Shown here: one piece after another, positions 1-11,361 of the stretch
Position numbering within the stretch: the stretch's first letter is position 1
Layout: each line of letters starts with the position of its first letter
Assembly: GCA_963845065.1 (NCBI GenBank)
Contig: CAWJQQ010000011.1
Location: forward strand, 1 to 17,575
From: Nitrospirota bacterium
Lineage (GTDB): Bacteria > Nitrospirota > UBA9217
Length of the DNA: 17,575 nt
Direction: 5' to 3'
Program-made: the position numbers and the translations under genes
The notes under the pieces: generated by a model
Seen by the model: the letters and a program-made list of their open reading frames with translations, nothing else
Told to the model about the DNA's origin: nothing
Database searches by the model: none

Positions 1-58
1 CACCTACAACTAAACGAGTTTCGATGATTGGAAACCATAACAAATACAAGTCGTAACA

Positions 59-96
59 TTGATGCCCCATCAGAAGGCCCTCTGTAGGGGCATCAA
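59..96. terminator. Hairpin (TTGATGCCCC...GGGGCATCAA), possible terminator
   Basis: 10-bp perfect outer stem with partly paired interior; no clear U-tract. Confidence 0.35.
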
Positions 97-332
97 ATAT
101 TCTAACGATCATGTTTATTTTCAGCCAAATGATCCTCGCCCGTCAGGAGCTAGAGGAAGCTTAAAGGCTGCTCGTATTGGCATCTCGCAGACAGATGAGA
201 CTACTGAAAAAGTGCGAAAGTGCCTAACGAAACGCCACTCAATCGGATAGCGTTGACGTGCTGCATGCTGTTCTAAGCGTATTGAAATAAAGCACGGCAT
301 ACATACTTCTCTGTTAACGATTATAAAGGTAC

Positions 333-758
333 TTACTGGCCAAGGAGCGTCGTGAATGTATCATGATGACGCTCTTCTGCATCAAGTATTTCTTTGAAAA
401 GACGCTCTGTTGTATCATCGCCTTCGGCAACTGCTTGTCGAATGATGTCTTTGTATAGGGTGATAGCCTCTTCTTCAGCCTTCACATCCGCCTTAAGCAT
501 CTGCTCGGCTGTTCCACCAACAGCGATAGGGTTCGGCTTTGTTGTGGGAACAACATCAAAATAGAAGAGCCGCTCAGCGATCTTCTCAGCATGTTTCATC
601 TCCTCCATGGAAATATCCTCGAACACTTCCATAAGAGAAGACGCGGTCATGCCCTTCACCATTATATGGTGCCACATGTACTGAACAATCGATTGGAGTT
701 CCCCGGCAATTGCCTGATTCATCATCTCCGTTAGTTTTGGACTCGCCTTCTGTACCAT
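333..758 (-). CDS. Bacterioferritin/ferritin-like diiron protein, copy 1 (141 aa)
   Basis: Ferroxidase pattern GELQ..EEMKH..AEEEA..EERH; GGAGG RBS upstream; 121/141 identical to copy 2. Confidence 0.9.
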   Translation of the reverse strand: MVQKASPKLTEMMNQAIAGELQSIVQYMWHHIMVKGMTASSLMEVFEDISMEEMKHAEKIAERLFYFDVVPTTKPNPIAVGGTAEQMLKADVKAEEEAITLYKDIIRQAVAEGDDTTERLFKEILDAEERHHDTFTTLLGQ

Positions 759-837
759 GATTTTCCTCCCTGTTTGTTATCACTACATCATTTGCATATG
801 TGCATAATAACAGGCTCAGACACACCTTTCTTGAGAT

Positions 838-936
838 GTCTAACGACATTGGACACCAGCCGATCGCGCTATGCATTATCCCTGACCTTGCGCACAAGAG
901 TGCCGGCGAGCCGTCCGCTGGGACCAGTTGTTAACT
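838..936 (-). other. Degenerate integron attC-like site downstream of katG
   Basis: Minus strand: AGTTAAC AACTGGTCCCAGCGGACGG...CGGCTGGTGTCCAATGTC GTTAGAC; imperfect palindrome; R' fits GTTRRRY; R'' has one mismatch to RYYYAAC. Confidence 0.5.
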
Positions 937-988
937 AACCGTTTCTTCGTCGCCCCGTCAGAAGTCCTCGAAGACATTTATGCTACGA

Positions 989-3226
<2,238 letters not shown>

Positions 3227-3338
3227 CTATAAATAGTTTCCTTAACCATGTCTTCATCTATAAAGAAAATTTATGATACAAAAGTCAGTGTGATCGCCTG
3301 TGGTCGTCAAAATTAATTCTCCAAAACGAAGCAGAAGA

Positions 3339-3461
3339 CCACCGGGCGTTAGCCCATGGTTGAATGCGTCCCTCTTGTTTCCCTCCCCCTTCCAGGGGAA
3401 GTTAGGAGGGTGTGCTTCTTTTGAATTAAAGTGCCACGGGCGTAAGCCTGTGGGTATCTAC
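3339..3461 (+). repeat. Palindromic mini-element: two IS200/IS605-end-like hairpins flanking a REP-like GC hairpin
   Basis: CCACCGGGCGTTAGCCCATGG (3339-3359) and CCACGGGCGTAAGCCTGTGG (3434-3453) are direct, self-complementary repeats; CCCTCCCCCTTCCAGGGGAAGTTAGGAGGG lies between them. Confidence 0.55.
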
Positions 3462-3574
3462 TCACTATACATGGATTCTCCAAAATGGCTGGTAAATCTG
3501 CCGGTTCAGATTGTAGGCTTCCATCGGAATAAGCGGGTACGTTATCCTGAATCAGGCATCGAGGGAGCCTTGAT

Positions 3575-3597
3575 AAAAAAGGCAGGCATGAGCCTGC
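3575..3597 (-). terminator. Rho-independent terminator
   Basis: Minus strand GCAGGC-TCAT-GCCTGC-CTTTTTT. Confidence 0.7.
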
Positions 3598-3651
3598 TAT
3601 GATACAGCAACCATTTGTAATCAACCCGGTGTATGGGGTTGGATCTGCCTA

Positions 3652-3926
3652 TTACATAGGAGCTATCCGAGTAACGCTTGTAGCCAGCTCTTTGCCGCCT
3701 TCCTCCGAATATTGCAATTTCACGGTATCGCCCACCTTTACACCCTAAGTAGAGAGCCTGTTTCACAATCAAAGCTGACATTCATCTTTTCAGTCGCAAG
3801 CGTAATAGTGCTCTTTTCTACATCAACAGCAGTAACTACTCCCAACATCTCCGCCGCTAGGGCTACACCAGCAAACGTTAAAAGAACAAAGACTATAAGA
3901 CAAAGCGACATCACATATCCACTCAT
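3652..3926 (-). pseudogene. Small exported OB-fold-like (CusF-like pattern) protein, frameshifted
   Basis: GGAGG RBS and signal peptide (..VALA/AE). A 1-nt gap near 3746 joins ..FDCETGSLL to GVKVGDTVKLQYSEEGGKELATSVTRIAPM*. Confidence 0.6.
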
Positions 3927-4010
3927 TCCTGCACCTCCAATTATCGAGATTTATGATGCAAAAAGGTGGCTGATCGTTCAGCCGGCCGTTCCCGTCTTCT
4001 GTCGCCCTCA

Positions 4011-4139
4011 TCACATTTCGACAAACGCGTCCTTGGGTGCATTGCACACTGGGCACAGCCAGTCATCAGGAAGGTCTTCAAATTTTTCCCCTTCTTTTGC
4101 TTCGTCATAAATGTAACCGCATATTGTGCATCTCCACAT
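4011..4139 (-). CDS. Rubredoxin (short)
   Basis: [25 protein letters not shown] with two CxxC motifs; GAGGA RBS; start may be 4139, 4142 or 4145. Confidence 0.92.
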   Translation of the reverse strand: MWRCTICGYIYDEAKEGEKFEDLPDDWLCPVCNAPKDAFVEM

Positions 4140-4248
4140 CATCATATCCTCAAGACATCCCAGAATACTCATTCTGAGAAAGGGTGCATTCATAATCTCT
4201 ACATGAACAAGGTCTAAGATTAAATGATATATTGAGCCCATCCCTTTC

Positions 4249-4778
4249 CTACTTAATGACACCGCAGACCATCCTTGCACCTCCCCCTCCGAGTGGCACT
4301 GGGACATCAGAATAGTTATCCCCTCCAGCATGGATCATGAGCGAGCGACCCTTGAGGTCTACTATCTTGAGTCGTGGAGCTAGCACAGGCAGTGTTGCGT
4401 TACCGTCAGTCCCGACGTATAAAGCAGGCAGACGCCAAGATGTTCTTGTCCGTATGGTCCTTCACGCTTAGCGGTTCCCGCTGGATCATAATGACCGCCT
4501 GCTGCTATACCTGCAATAGATTTGCTGTCCTTCATACCTGCTGCACAGTCAGCATTCTGATGCACATGGAACCCATGAAGTCCTGGCGTTAGACCGGCAA
4601 GTTCCGGAATAAGCAAAAGCCCATAATGTGTATCCTTGATGGTGACTGTGCCAATGCCTTTACCTGCGCCTTGATCGGTTAGAAGGTTCATCTGGACGAT
4701 CATGTCCTCCGCATGTACGGACCCTATGGAAAGCAATAACAATATTCCAAACACCTCTACGACGAGTAGTTTCTTTAC
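4249..4778 (-). pseudogene. sodC: Periplasmic Cu/Zn superoxide dismutase, disrupted
   Basis: HGFHVH and AAGGHYDP motifs. A 1-nt gap at about 4432 (HLG-[D]-LPAL) continues as ..[25 protein letters not shown]. The codon after the AAGGAGG RBS is GTA. KREGP replaces the usual KHEGP. Confidence 0.9.
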
Positions 4779-4882
4779 CTAGCTCCCTCCTTTTAAAGTG
4801 GTACATGCGCAGTGGTCCATGCTTGGGACACCCAGAACGAGAAGTCATGTTCACTTATCTTTTCTATGACTTTCGACAAAGC

Positions 4883-5308
4883 TTATTGACCGAGTAATGT
4901 TGTAAACGTATCATGATGACGCTCTTCAGCGGCAAGAATCTCTGAAAATAGATGCTGCGTGGTATTATCTCCTTCGGACGTTACCTGCTTGATGATTTCT
5001 TTATAGAGTGTTATAGCCTCTTCCTCGGCCTTCACGTTGGCCTTAAGCATCTGCTCCGGCGTGCCGCCCATAGCGATAGGGTTGGGCTTAGTAGTGGGGT
5101 TTACATCAAAATAGAAAAGCCTCTCCGCGATCTTCTCCGCATGTTTCATCTCTTCCACTGAGATGTCCTCGAACACATCCATAAGTGAAGATGAGTTCAA
5201 TCCTTTCACCATGATGTGGTGCCACATATACTGGACGATTGCCTGGAGTTCGCCAGCAATTGCCTGATTCATCATCTCTGTCAATTTCGGACTCGCCTTT
5301 TGAACCAT
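4883..5308 (-). CDS. Bacterioferritin/ferritin-like diiron protein, copy 2 (141 aa)
   Basis: Same motifs as copy 1; AAGGAGG RBS upstream of ATG 5308. Confidence 0.9.
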   Translation of the reverse strand: MVQKASPKLTEMMNQAIAGELQAIVQYMWHHIMVKGLNSSSLMDVFEDISVEEMKHAEKIAERLFYFDVNPTTKPNPIAMGGTPEQMLKANVKAEEEAITLYKEIIKQVTSEGDNTTQHLFSEILAAEERHHDTFTTLLGQ

Positions 5309-5431
5309 AATGATCCTCCTTTTAGTTACTACCGTACGAATTAGAGTAGTTAACAAACCCTCAGAAAAACACCATTGAACTCCAATTGTTGCTGAGACGC
5401 GCTTTTTCCCTAGGGGAAAAAATTATCGTGG

Positions 5432-5884
5432 CTATTTGCTTCTGCACTTTTTGCAGTGGCCGTAATATTCTAAACGCATTTGGAATGTCTTAAACCCTTT
5501 TTCCCTCTCTACCGCTTGCGTCGAGATAGGCAATTCCTGCATAAAATCTTCAATCTTTCCACATGTCGTGCAAATAAGATTCAGATGATTTGACATATTG
5601 ACTTCATAGCGGTTATCCTGGTCATAGAATTCAAGCTCCCGTATCAATCCCTCTTTTTTCAGGATGTCCAAGGTGTAGTATACTGTTGATATGCTGATCT
5701 GTGTCGCCTTTTTTCGAACCCTTTTAAAAATATCCATTGCATTTGGATGGGTCGAATCATTCGACAAGAGATTAATGATCTCGAGTCTCTGTGAGGTTAG
5801 CTTATAGCCTTTCTCCTTGAGAATCTTTATCAGTCTTTTCTTTGTCTTTTCTGGTTCCGGGAGATATTTCATATTCGGAATCAT
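5432..5884 (-). CDS. Fur-family transcriptional repressor, PerR-like
   Basis: KLTSQR, HPNAMDI, ISTVYYTL, HLNLICTTCG and CKKC motifs; heads an oxidative-stress cluster; start may be 5872. Confidence 0.9.
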   Translation of the reverse strand: MIPNMKYLPEPEKTKKRLIKILKEKGYKLTSQRLEIINLLSNDSTHPNAMDIFKRVRKKATQISISTVYYTLDILKKEGLIRELEFYDQDNRYEVNMSNHLNLICTTCGKIEDFMQELPISTQAVEREKGFKTFQMRLEYYGHCKKCRSK

Positions 5885-5928
5885 TCCTAAATTAGTATAA
5901 GTCTATTACTGCCAATTCTTATTGTCAA
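5874..5928 (-). promoter_or_regulatory. Sigma70 promoter plus palindromic putative PerR/Fur operator
   Basis: Minus strand TTGACA(5928-5923)-17 nt-TAGACT(5905-5900); 8-1-8 palindrome TTAGGAAT-G-ATTCCGAA (5890-5874) overlaps the start codon. Confidence 0.6.
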
Positions 5929-6129
5929 GAGTCATGGATCTAACATAACATAAATGTTGAAATGTAAAGCAGGCGTGAGGGAAGAATGAATCTTTATGAT
6001 AAGATTTGCAATAAAATATACCAAATGTTAAGAGGAATGGCCGGAAGAGAAATATTTAGATTCATAATTTGTAACTGAAAAATGCACATTATTGGCTTAT
6101 TATAGTGCTCCGCATAAGTAATGCAACAT

Positions 6130-6693
6130 TTAGGGCAAAAAAAGAGGTAGCCCGGACTGTTTGATGCAACCACGTAAAAGAGGCTGTGATGCTGCCAGAT
6201 TACAAATTTCTTCTGATAGTACGTCCATCAACTCAGCTTGAGTATCAGGGCGACCGTTCGCGAGAGTTTTTTTAAGGTGATTCAATACTCCTTCGTCCGG
6301 ATTCAACTCGGGAGCATATCGTGGGAAAGGTTCTAAGTGTAAACGGGATGTACGTGCGAGAAGTTCTTCGACGGAATCGTTTCTATGGGTTTTACCATTA
6401 TCCAGCAGCACGATCAGATGGCCGGGTATTTGACGTAACAGATGGCGGAGGAATACCACTACTTCTTCGCCTTGAATATTGTCTTCATACAGTTGGCAGT
6501 ACAGCGTGCAATGGAAGCGTTTCGGGCTTACGGCGATGCCAGAGATGGCTGAGATTCGGTCGTGACGATATCGATGATGAAAAATAGGGGTCTGTCCTAC
6601 AGGGCTCCACGTCTTACGAACCGAAGGAATCAGGAGGAAGCCCGATTCGTCAATAAAGATGAGGTGGGCTGCCAGCCTTGCGGCGTTTTTTTT
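6130..6693 (-). CDS. IS630 transposase DDE ORF, probably reached by -1 frameshift at A8 (6686-6693)
   Basis: IFIDESG, VLLDNGKTH, PRYAPELNPDE; A8 run in the ORF overlap. Confidence 0.88.
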   Translation of the reverse strand, partial: KKNAARLAAHLIFIDESGFLLIPSVRKTWSPVGQTPIFHHRYRHDRISAISGIAVSPKRFHCTLYCQLYEDNIQGEEVVVFLRHLLRQIPGHLIVLLDNGKTHRNDSVEELLARTSRLHLEPFPRYAPELNPDEGVLNHLKKTLANGRPDTQAELMDVLSEEICNLAASQPLLRGCIKQSGLPLFLP

Positions 6694-7151
6694 ACACGGG
6701 GCCAGACGGATCGTTTCCATTCCGCGATGACCGGTTCGTTGCGCTCAATGGCACGACGTTCCGGCTTCTGATGGCTCCAACCTATTTGGTGGAGAAGTTT
6801 TCCGACATGATTATGATGGTATTTTACCTTCAGTTGGCGTTCAATCAGATCGGCAATCCGTTGTGTAGTCCACAACTCTGTTCGGTAACCATTGGCCATG
6901 GCCCCTTTAGTCAGGAGTCGAACGAGGCGTTGTTTCTGGTTCGAGGTTAGTCGCGGTGGTCGGCCTGATGCTGGTTTGGCTTTCAGCGCGTCCTTCCCAC
7001 CTTTCTGAAACGCATCGCGCCATCGAAGGACGCTGCTCGCGTGGCAACCAATGCGTCGGGCGATCTCATGAAGGGACAGCTTTTGCTTAAGATATGTTAT
7101 TACACGCTTCCGACGCTCTTCCAAAGATTTAGGAGAACCGTAAGGTCGCAT
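6630..7151 (-). CDS. IS630 transposase N-terminal HTH ORF
   Basis: HTH region, GRPPRL, WTT and GWSHQKP..RA.ER; GGAG RBS. Confidence 0.88.
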   Translation of the reverse strand: MRPYGSPKSLEERRKRVITYLKQKLSLHEIARRIGCHASSVLRWRDAFQKGGKDALKAKPASGRPPRLTSNQKQRLVRLLTKGAMANGYRTELWTTQRIADLIERQLKVKYHHNHVGKLLHQIGWSHQKPERRAIERNEPVIAEWKRSVWPRVKKTPQGWQPTSSLLTNRASS

Positions 7152-7927
7152 GGAGACACCCCCTTTCAGGATGCCTCTATTATATTGCGTTACTTATGCG
7201 GATGTCATTTAAAAAAATTGTTTCAGAATACAAACCAGCAACACAGCGGGTGAAAGAGCATGACAAGCAATTTCTTGTACCGATATTTTTTATCGTGGAT
7301 ATTCCTGAATTAATTATACTTCAGGTAGTAACTTAGAATTTCTCAAAGATTTAACTGTTGCAGACTTCATGAAGGTATTCGCTAAACTTGATTTATTCAA
7401 ACTGCTCACATAATTTGTTGACAACCTGTTCATTACTCTGTGAATAGCTTTCTCCTAAATGCTGCTCTCAAGGAGATCATGCAGACTGCACTACATTTAG
7501 GCAGACAAGATATTCAAGAGGTACTTCTCACTAGAAATTGCAAATGATATTCTTCACTTTATAAAAATTAGGATCACTGTGAGATGCACCTACAATCTTT
7601 CATTGCCGATGTTTTGATGATGGCAAAGAATTCTAATCGAATCTTGCAGCCAGAATTTTCATTTTTGAATGGATCAGTTTTCGGGGAAAAGGTCACATGT
7701 GTTGCATGATTCAATTGCAATTCTTCACTGCTGATCGATCCTGGCCCGCATGCTGGACAACTATTGGTAATTACGAAGTGAGTAATATTTGTTGTTGCGG
7801 GCTCGCAGCATATACCACATCCTGCGATTTTTTGTTCCAATCAATATGATTACATCAGCAAAGGCCCCCCGGCGATCTTTCGGCACGATGGCCTGGCAAT
7901 ATTCATGATTTACAATTATTTTACGGA

Positions 7928-8824
7928 CTAAAAGTCAAACCTGACCATTGCTATAGCGCCTTCTCGCGAAGGTTCAATGAGCATAATGACATGCCGAGGG
8001 TTTTCCAGCCCGAGAAAGGCATCAGTGAAGAAGACCCCCAGGAAGTGGCCGAGAGCGATCCCGCCGAGAACGTCCGAGGGAAAATGCTGGGCCGCTTCCA
8101 CGCGGGCCCAAGCCGTGGCCGCCGTGAGCGTGCCAAGCCCGATCTGCGATATAGTTGTCTCAGCTTGCGGCAACTCAAGCGTTTCAATATTTCTGAAAGC
8201 AAAAGTCGAATAGAATGCAGCGTTCGTTGCATGGGCTGACGGAAAACTCCCCCGGTCAACTCCATTAGGTCGTGTGCGGTCTATGGAAGACTTGAGAATA
8301 CCCGTTGTTTCGCGCATGATGATCCCCGCACCGGTCTGAACTCCGAAACCCTGCGTCTTGGCGATCAGACAATCCTCGGCATTGTCTCCACTTGGGGTGA
8401 TGATCCCGCTTGCGATCCAGAGTGCGCCAGCAGTATCCTGCAAATCGTTACTCGTGCGGTCTGCGCGCTCGTGCGACCCGAACACGGGGGTTTTCGTTGC
8501 CGCCCATTCTTCAAGATTCCGGTCCGCGTGACCGATCTGGAATGCAAGAGCGCCCGCTGCGGGGACCCATGTTTCCGGAGACTCAGCAGAGTTGAGCACC
8601 GCCTCACCGACACGTGCCCAGCCCGGCGCAAGTGTGGCGTCCTGCCCCCATCCCCGTCCATTCGACATCGTACCGCAGCTGGAGAAGAAACAAACGCAGA
8701 CCGCAAAAAAAGAAGTTGACACAAGATAGGATCGCACCTGCTGGATTCGTATGTCCTGTGCTCCTCTGGCTTTTTTTAATACCTTTGCATGCCCTGCTAT
8801 CTTCCTACGATCAAAAACCAACAA
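7928..8824 (-). CDS. PAP2-family phosphatase, probably lipoprotein/membrane-associated
   Basis: K..IDRTRP, SFPSAHA and RVEAAQHFPSDV motifs; lipobox-like FSSC; true start probably downstream of 8824. Confidence 0.85.
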   Translation of the reverse strand: MLVFDRRKIAGHAKVLKKARGAQDIRIQQVRSYLVSTSFFAVCVCFFSSCGTMSNGRGWGQDATLAPGWARVGEAVLNSAESPETWVPAAGALAFQIGHADRNLEEWAATKTPVFGSHERADRTSNDLQDTAGALWIASGIITPSGDNAEDCLIAKTQGFGVQTGAGIIMRETTGILKSSIDRTRPNGVDRGSFPSAHATNAAFYSTFAFRNIETLELPQAETTISQIGLGTLTAATAWARVEAAQHFPSDVLGGIALGHFLGVFFTDAFLGLENPRHVIMLIEPSREGAIAMVRFDF

Positions 8825-8936
8825 AATTCATGCCGGCTTCAGGTTTAAGTGTTGCACTGATTTGAAAACATCACAGATTCAAAAAGTTATATATAAAAAA
8901 AATGTGACCACGACTTCCCGAATCCCTGTAACAACG

Positions 8937-9476
8937 TCAGACGCCCTTGTTGTGGATATGCATCAATACCCGCTCAACTCGCGTCTTTGGGCTGCCCGTG
9001 ACCTCCAACACGTCAATGTCGAAATGGAATGAATTCTCTAGGATTATTTCTTTAAGCATATCATCCACACGCTGTCGGTACGCAGAGTCCTGCGACAACG
9101 GTAGAACAATTCGTTCAGGCTCTTCAATGGGTAAGAAGATTACTAGATCAAGGTTTCTAATAGACGTCTGAACGCGAGGTAGCCATGCTTTAAGATCAAA
9201 CACTTCTACGTCAGAATGTGAAAGGAGGTAGCCTAGGATGTCGACTGGGCATCGGTCGAAAATAACATTTGATAAGCTTTCGTTGAGACTCTCGATGGAT
9301 CGCTCTAGCTGCAGCTCGAAGTCTTCAATAGAGGGCAACTCGGCAAACTCATACCCCTCTTCAAGCAAGAGGTGGTAGGGCTCCTCGACCGTCGTATACT
9401 TGGGGAGCACTTCAGACAATGCTTCGACGAGCGTCGACTTTCCCGTAAAGTGAGTACCCGAAATGGCAATCCGCAT
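8937..9476 (-). CDS. P-loop NTPase, AAA_28/NadR-Ttd14-like
   Basis: N-terminal Walker A ISGTHFTGKST; VIFDR motif. Confidence 0.85.
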   Translation of the reverse strand: MRIAISGTHFTGKSTLVEALSEVLPKYTTVEEPYHLLLEEGYEFAELPSIEDFELQLERSIESLNESLSNVIFDRCPVDILGYLLSHSDVEVFDLKAWLPRVQTSIRNLDLVIFLPIEEPERIVLPLSQDSAYRQRVDDMLKEIILENSFHFDIDVLEVTGSPKTRVERVLMHIHNKGV

Positions 9477-9728
9477 ATTAGCTTTTCAGAGACAGGCTCC
9501 TCATTAGAGGAATATATTCTTGATTTTAAACTATGTCAATGTCGTCGTATGTGTATGTTATATGGGCAGAAGGTGGGTAGATGCTGACTGAATAATGGGT
9601 TGAAAATTGCAGTGATATAAAATTGGCATCGTAAATAAGTTCAGGATGGATTGTTGATCGAAAACTTCATATGGTATTCGCCAAGCGTCTCATGAGCATT
9701 GTGCTCCCAAGGCCACCTACTAGATTGC

Positions 9729-9780
9729 AATGTTTAGGCTTCTTTCTGCTTGCTTTTTTGCAGAAAGAAGCCTAAACATT
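9729..9780. repeat. Perfect 21-bp inverted repeat with 10-nt loop
   Basis: AATGTTTAGGCTTCTTTCTGC / GCAGAAAGAAGCCTAAACATT. Confidence 0.95.
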
Positions 9781-10214
9781 ACTTACCATCCGAAACAGTT
9801 GGATTTGTGAATGGGTCGAACGGATATGCCGAATGGGTAATATTTTGTCAGAATTGCTAACGAATACGAGTTGTAAATTGCACGATTGCAAAAAATGTAA
9901 CCTCGTTTGCTACAGGATGTATCTCTCGAGTTATTATTATTCGAAATAACTGCATATTCCAATATGAATATTGACCCATGAGACAATTATACTATTTCTA
10001 ACAGGTTATCTATTCTTTTACCCATCGCAGCATGCTGAAGATCTCCGGTTGAGTTATCCATGGCAACGCGGCCTGAGAGATGATGATGCAAGCTCCAAAG
10101 GTTACAAGGTCCATCCGTTACAATGACCCTATAACTGTTGCGTCGCTCTCGTTAGAAATATTAGATTGCTTGATTCTTTCGTGCAGTTATAGTACTGTCA
10201 TATATGAGGCTGAT

Positions 10215-10532
10215 ATGAAAGAAAAAGACCGGAGAATTGCAGAAGAACTCAAGTACCGACTTTCCGGGGTTGTTCAGCTCATTGATTTCAGAGTGTTCGG
10301 TTGACGTGCGAGAGGGGATGCTGATGAGTATTCCGATCTCGACGTATTTATCGAAGTCGAAGTAATCAGCGCTGCTCTCCACGATGCAATTTCCGAAGCC
10401 GCATGGGAAGTGGGCTACCAGAATTATATGGTTATCTCACCGCTTATCTTTACGAGGGACGAACTAGAAAATTCACCGCTCAAGGTCTCGCAGATCGTAA
10501 AGGTTATTTCTGAAGAGGGAGTGGTTGTATGA
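10215..10532 (+). pseudogene. Minimal nucleotidyltransferase (MNT) antitoxin with internal stop
   Basis: VFG*RARGDADEYSDLDV; TGA at 10302-10304 replaces the Ser of the GS motif; the frame continues to ..SEEGVVV*. Confidence 0.88.
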
Positions 10533-10930
10533 CTGACCGGGAGGCGCTTCTCGCTTTTTGTTTGCAGTAAGCGGCGGATACACTCGCCGATGCCGAACGG
10601 ATGCTAAAAAGTGGCTTCAGTCCTCGGTCGATCGCCAACCGCGCTTATTACGCGATGTTTTACGTTGTGTTGGCACTCTTCCTCAAGACCGGGATCAACT
10701 CACGTACTTCCAAACATGCCGGTGTGATTTCTATATTCGACAAAGAATTCGTACACACTGGTAAACTTGACACCCGTTTGTCAAAACTGCTGTACAAAAC
10801 TTTCGAAGCCCGTCAGACGATTGACTACAAAGAGCTTGTTACGGTGACATCTCAGGAGGCAGCCAGTCATGTGGACGGCGCCAGAAAATCCGTTTCAGAA
10901 TTAGTAAAATTCATTAACAGTAATCCCTAA
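10529..10930 (+). pseudogene. HEPN-domain protein with early stop
   Basis: ATGA overlap with MNT; MTDREALLAFCLQ*AADTL.. (TAA 10568-10570); NRAYYAMFY, SKHAGVI and RQTIDY motifs. A restart at 10601 is possible. Confidence 0.82.
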
Positions 10931-11048
10931 TTGATCAAGAAAAAAGAAGAAGATTCTAAAGACAAAAAAACTAGATTACAATCTGACGTTATTATCAAAG
11001 ACGCATGTTGCTGTAGAAAATGCGACGACTGTTTCAAAGTAACGCTAA

Positions 11049-11095
11049 GGCTCATAACCCGAAGGTCGTCGGTTCAAATCCTGCCCCCGCTACCA
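11049..11095 (+). tRNA. tRNA-fMet(CAT) 3' fragment, copy 1 (att-like core, not a full tRNA)
   Basis: GGCTCATAACCCGAAGGTCGTCGGTTCAAATCCTGCCCCCGCTACCA; no 5' acceptor strand or D-arm upstream. Confidence 0.9.
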
Positions 11096-11105
11096 AATCT
11101 TACAT

Positions 11106-11137
11106 GGGGTTACAGCATTCGCTGTAGCCCCTTTTTT
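11106..11137 (+). terminator. Terminator-like hairpin after tRNA fragment 1
   Basis: GGGGTTACAGC-ATTC-GCTGTAGCCCC-TTTTTT. Confidence 0.75.
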
Positions 11138-11297
11138 CTAACCGTTCTAACGCCCCGCTTGTGTCCTGAAGAATAATAAATTCATTTATAAGATATAAAC
11201 CTTTGAATTGTTTGGATGGCATTTTGACGGCAGGAGAGGTGATAAAGCCTAACTTAAAGTGATGGGCCCGAAGGGGTTTTCATGAGCGAGGTCACCG

Positions 11298-11341
11298 TAG
11301 ACAAGTCTTTTGATAAGTGCTATAATTAGACCTGTTAACAG
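11298..11341 (+). promoter_or_regulatory. TA operon promoter and putative operator
   Basis: TAGACA-17 nt-TATAAT with extended TG; palindrome CTGTTAACAG at 11332-11341. Confidence 0.65.
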
Positions 11342-11361
11342 CACCAATAAGGAGGTCTTCT

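Larger units (their letters stand above)
6103..7209 (-). mobile_element. IS630-family insertion sequence (about 1.1 kb)
   Basis: Terminal inverted repeats TCCGCATAAGTAA(T/C)GCAA at both ends; flanking TA dinucleotides (6101-6102, 7210-7211); two-ORF transposase. Confidence 0.9.

Noticed and set aside
4146..4331. N-terminal extension of rubredoxin in the ORF track
   Set aside because: Overlaps the sodC 3' end in another frame; the RBS sits directly before the Met run at 4139-4145.
7574..7840. Cys-rich 88-aa ORF
   Set aside because: TTG start, no RBS and no recognisable family; cannot be supported.
10302..10304. Selenocysteine recoding of the in-frame TGA in MNT
   Set aside because: The position is a conserved Ser (TCA to TGA is one change), no evident SECIS, and the partner HEPN is also broken.
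11006..11095. Complete tRNA-Met gene
   Set aside because: Upstream sequence cannot form the acceptor stem or D-arm; only the 3' half is present in all three copies.
10931..11176. 81-aa ORF and the 74-aa ORF at 12305-12529
   Set aside because: They run across the tRNA fragment or att-arm repeats and are probably spurious.
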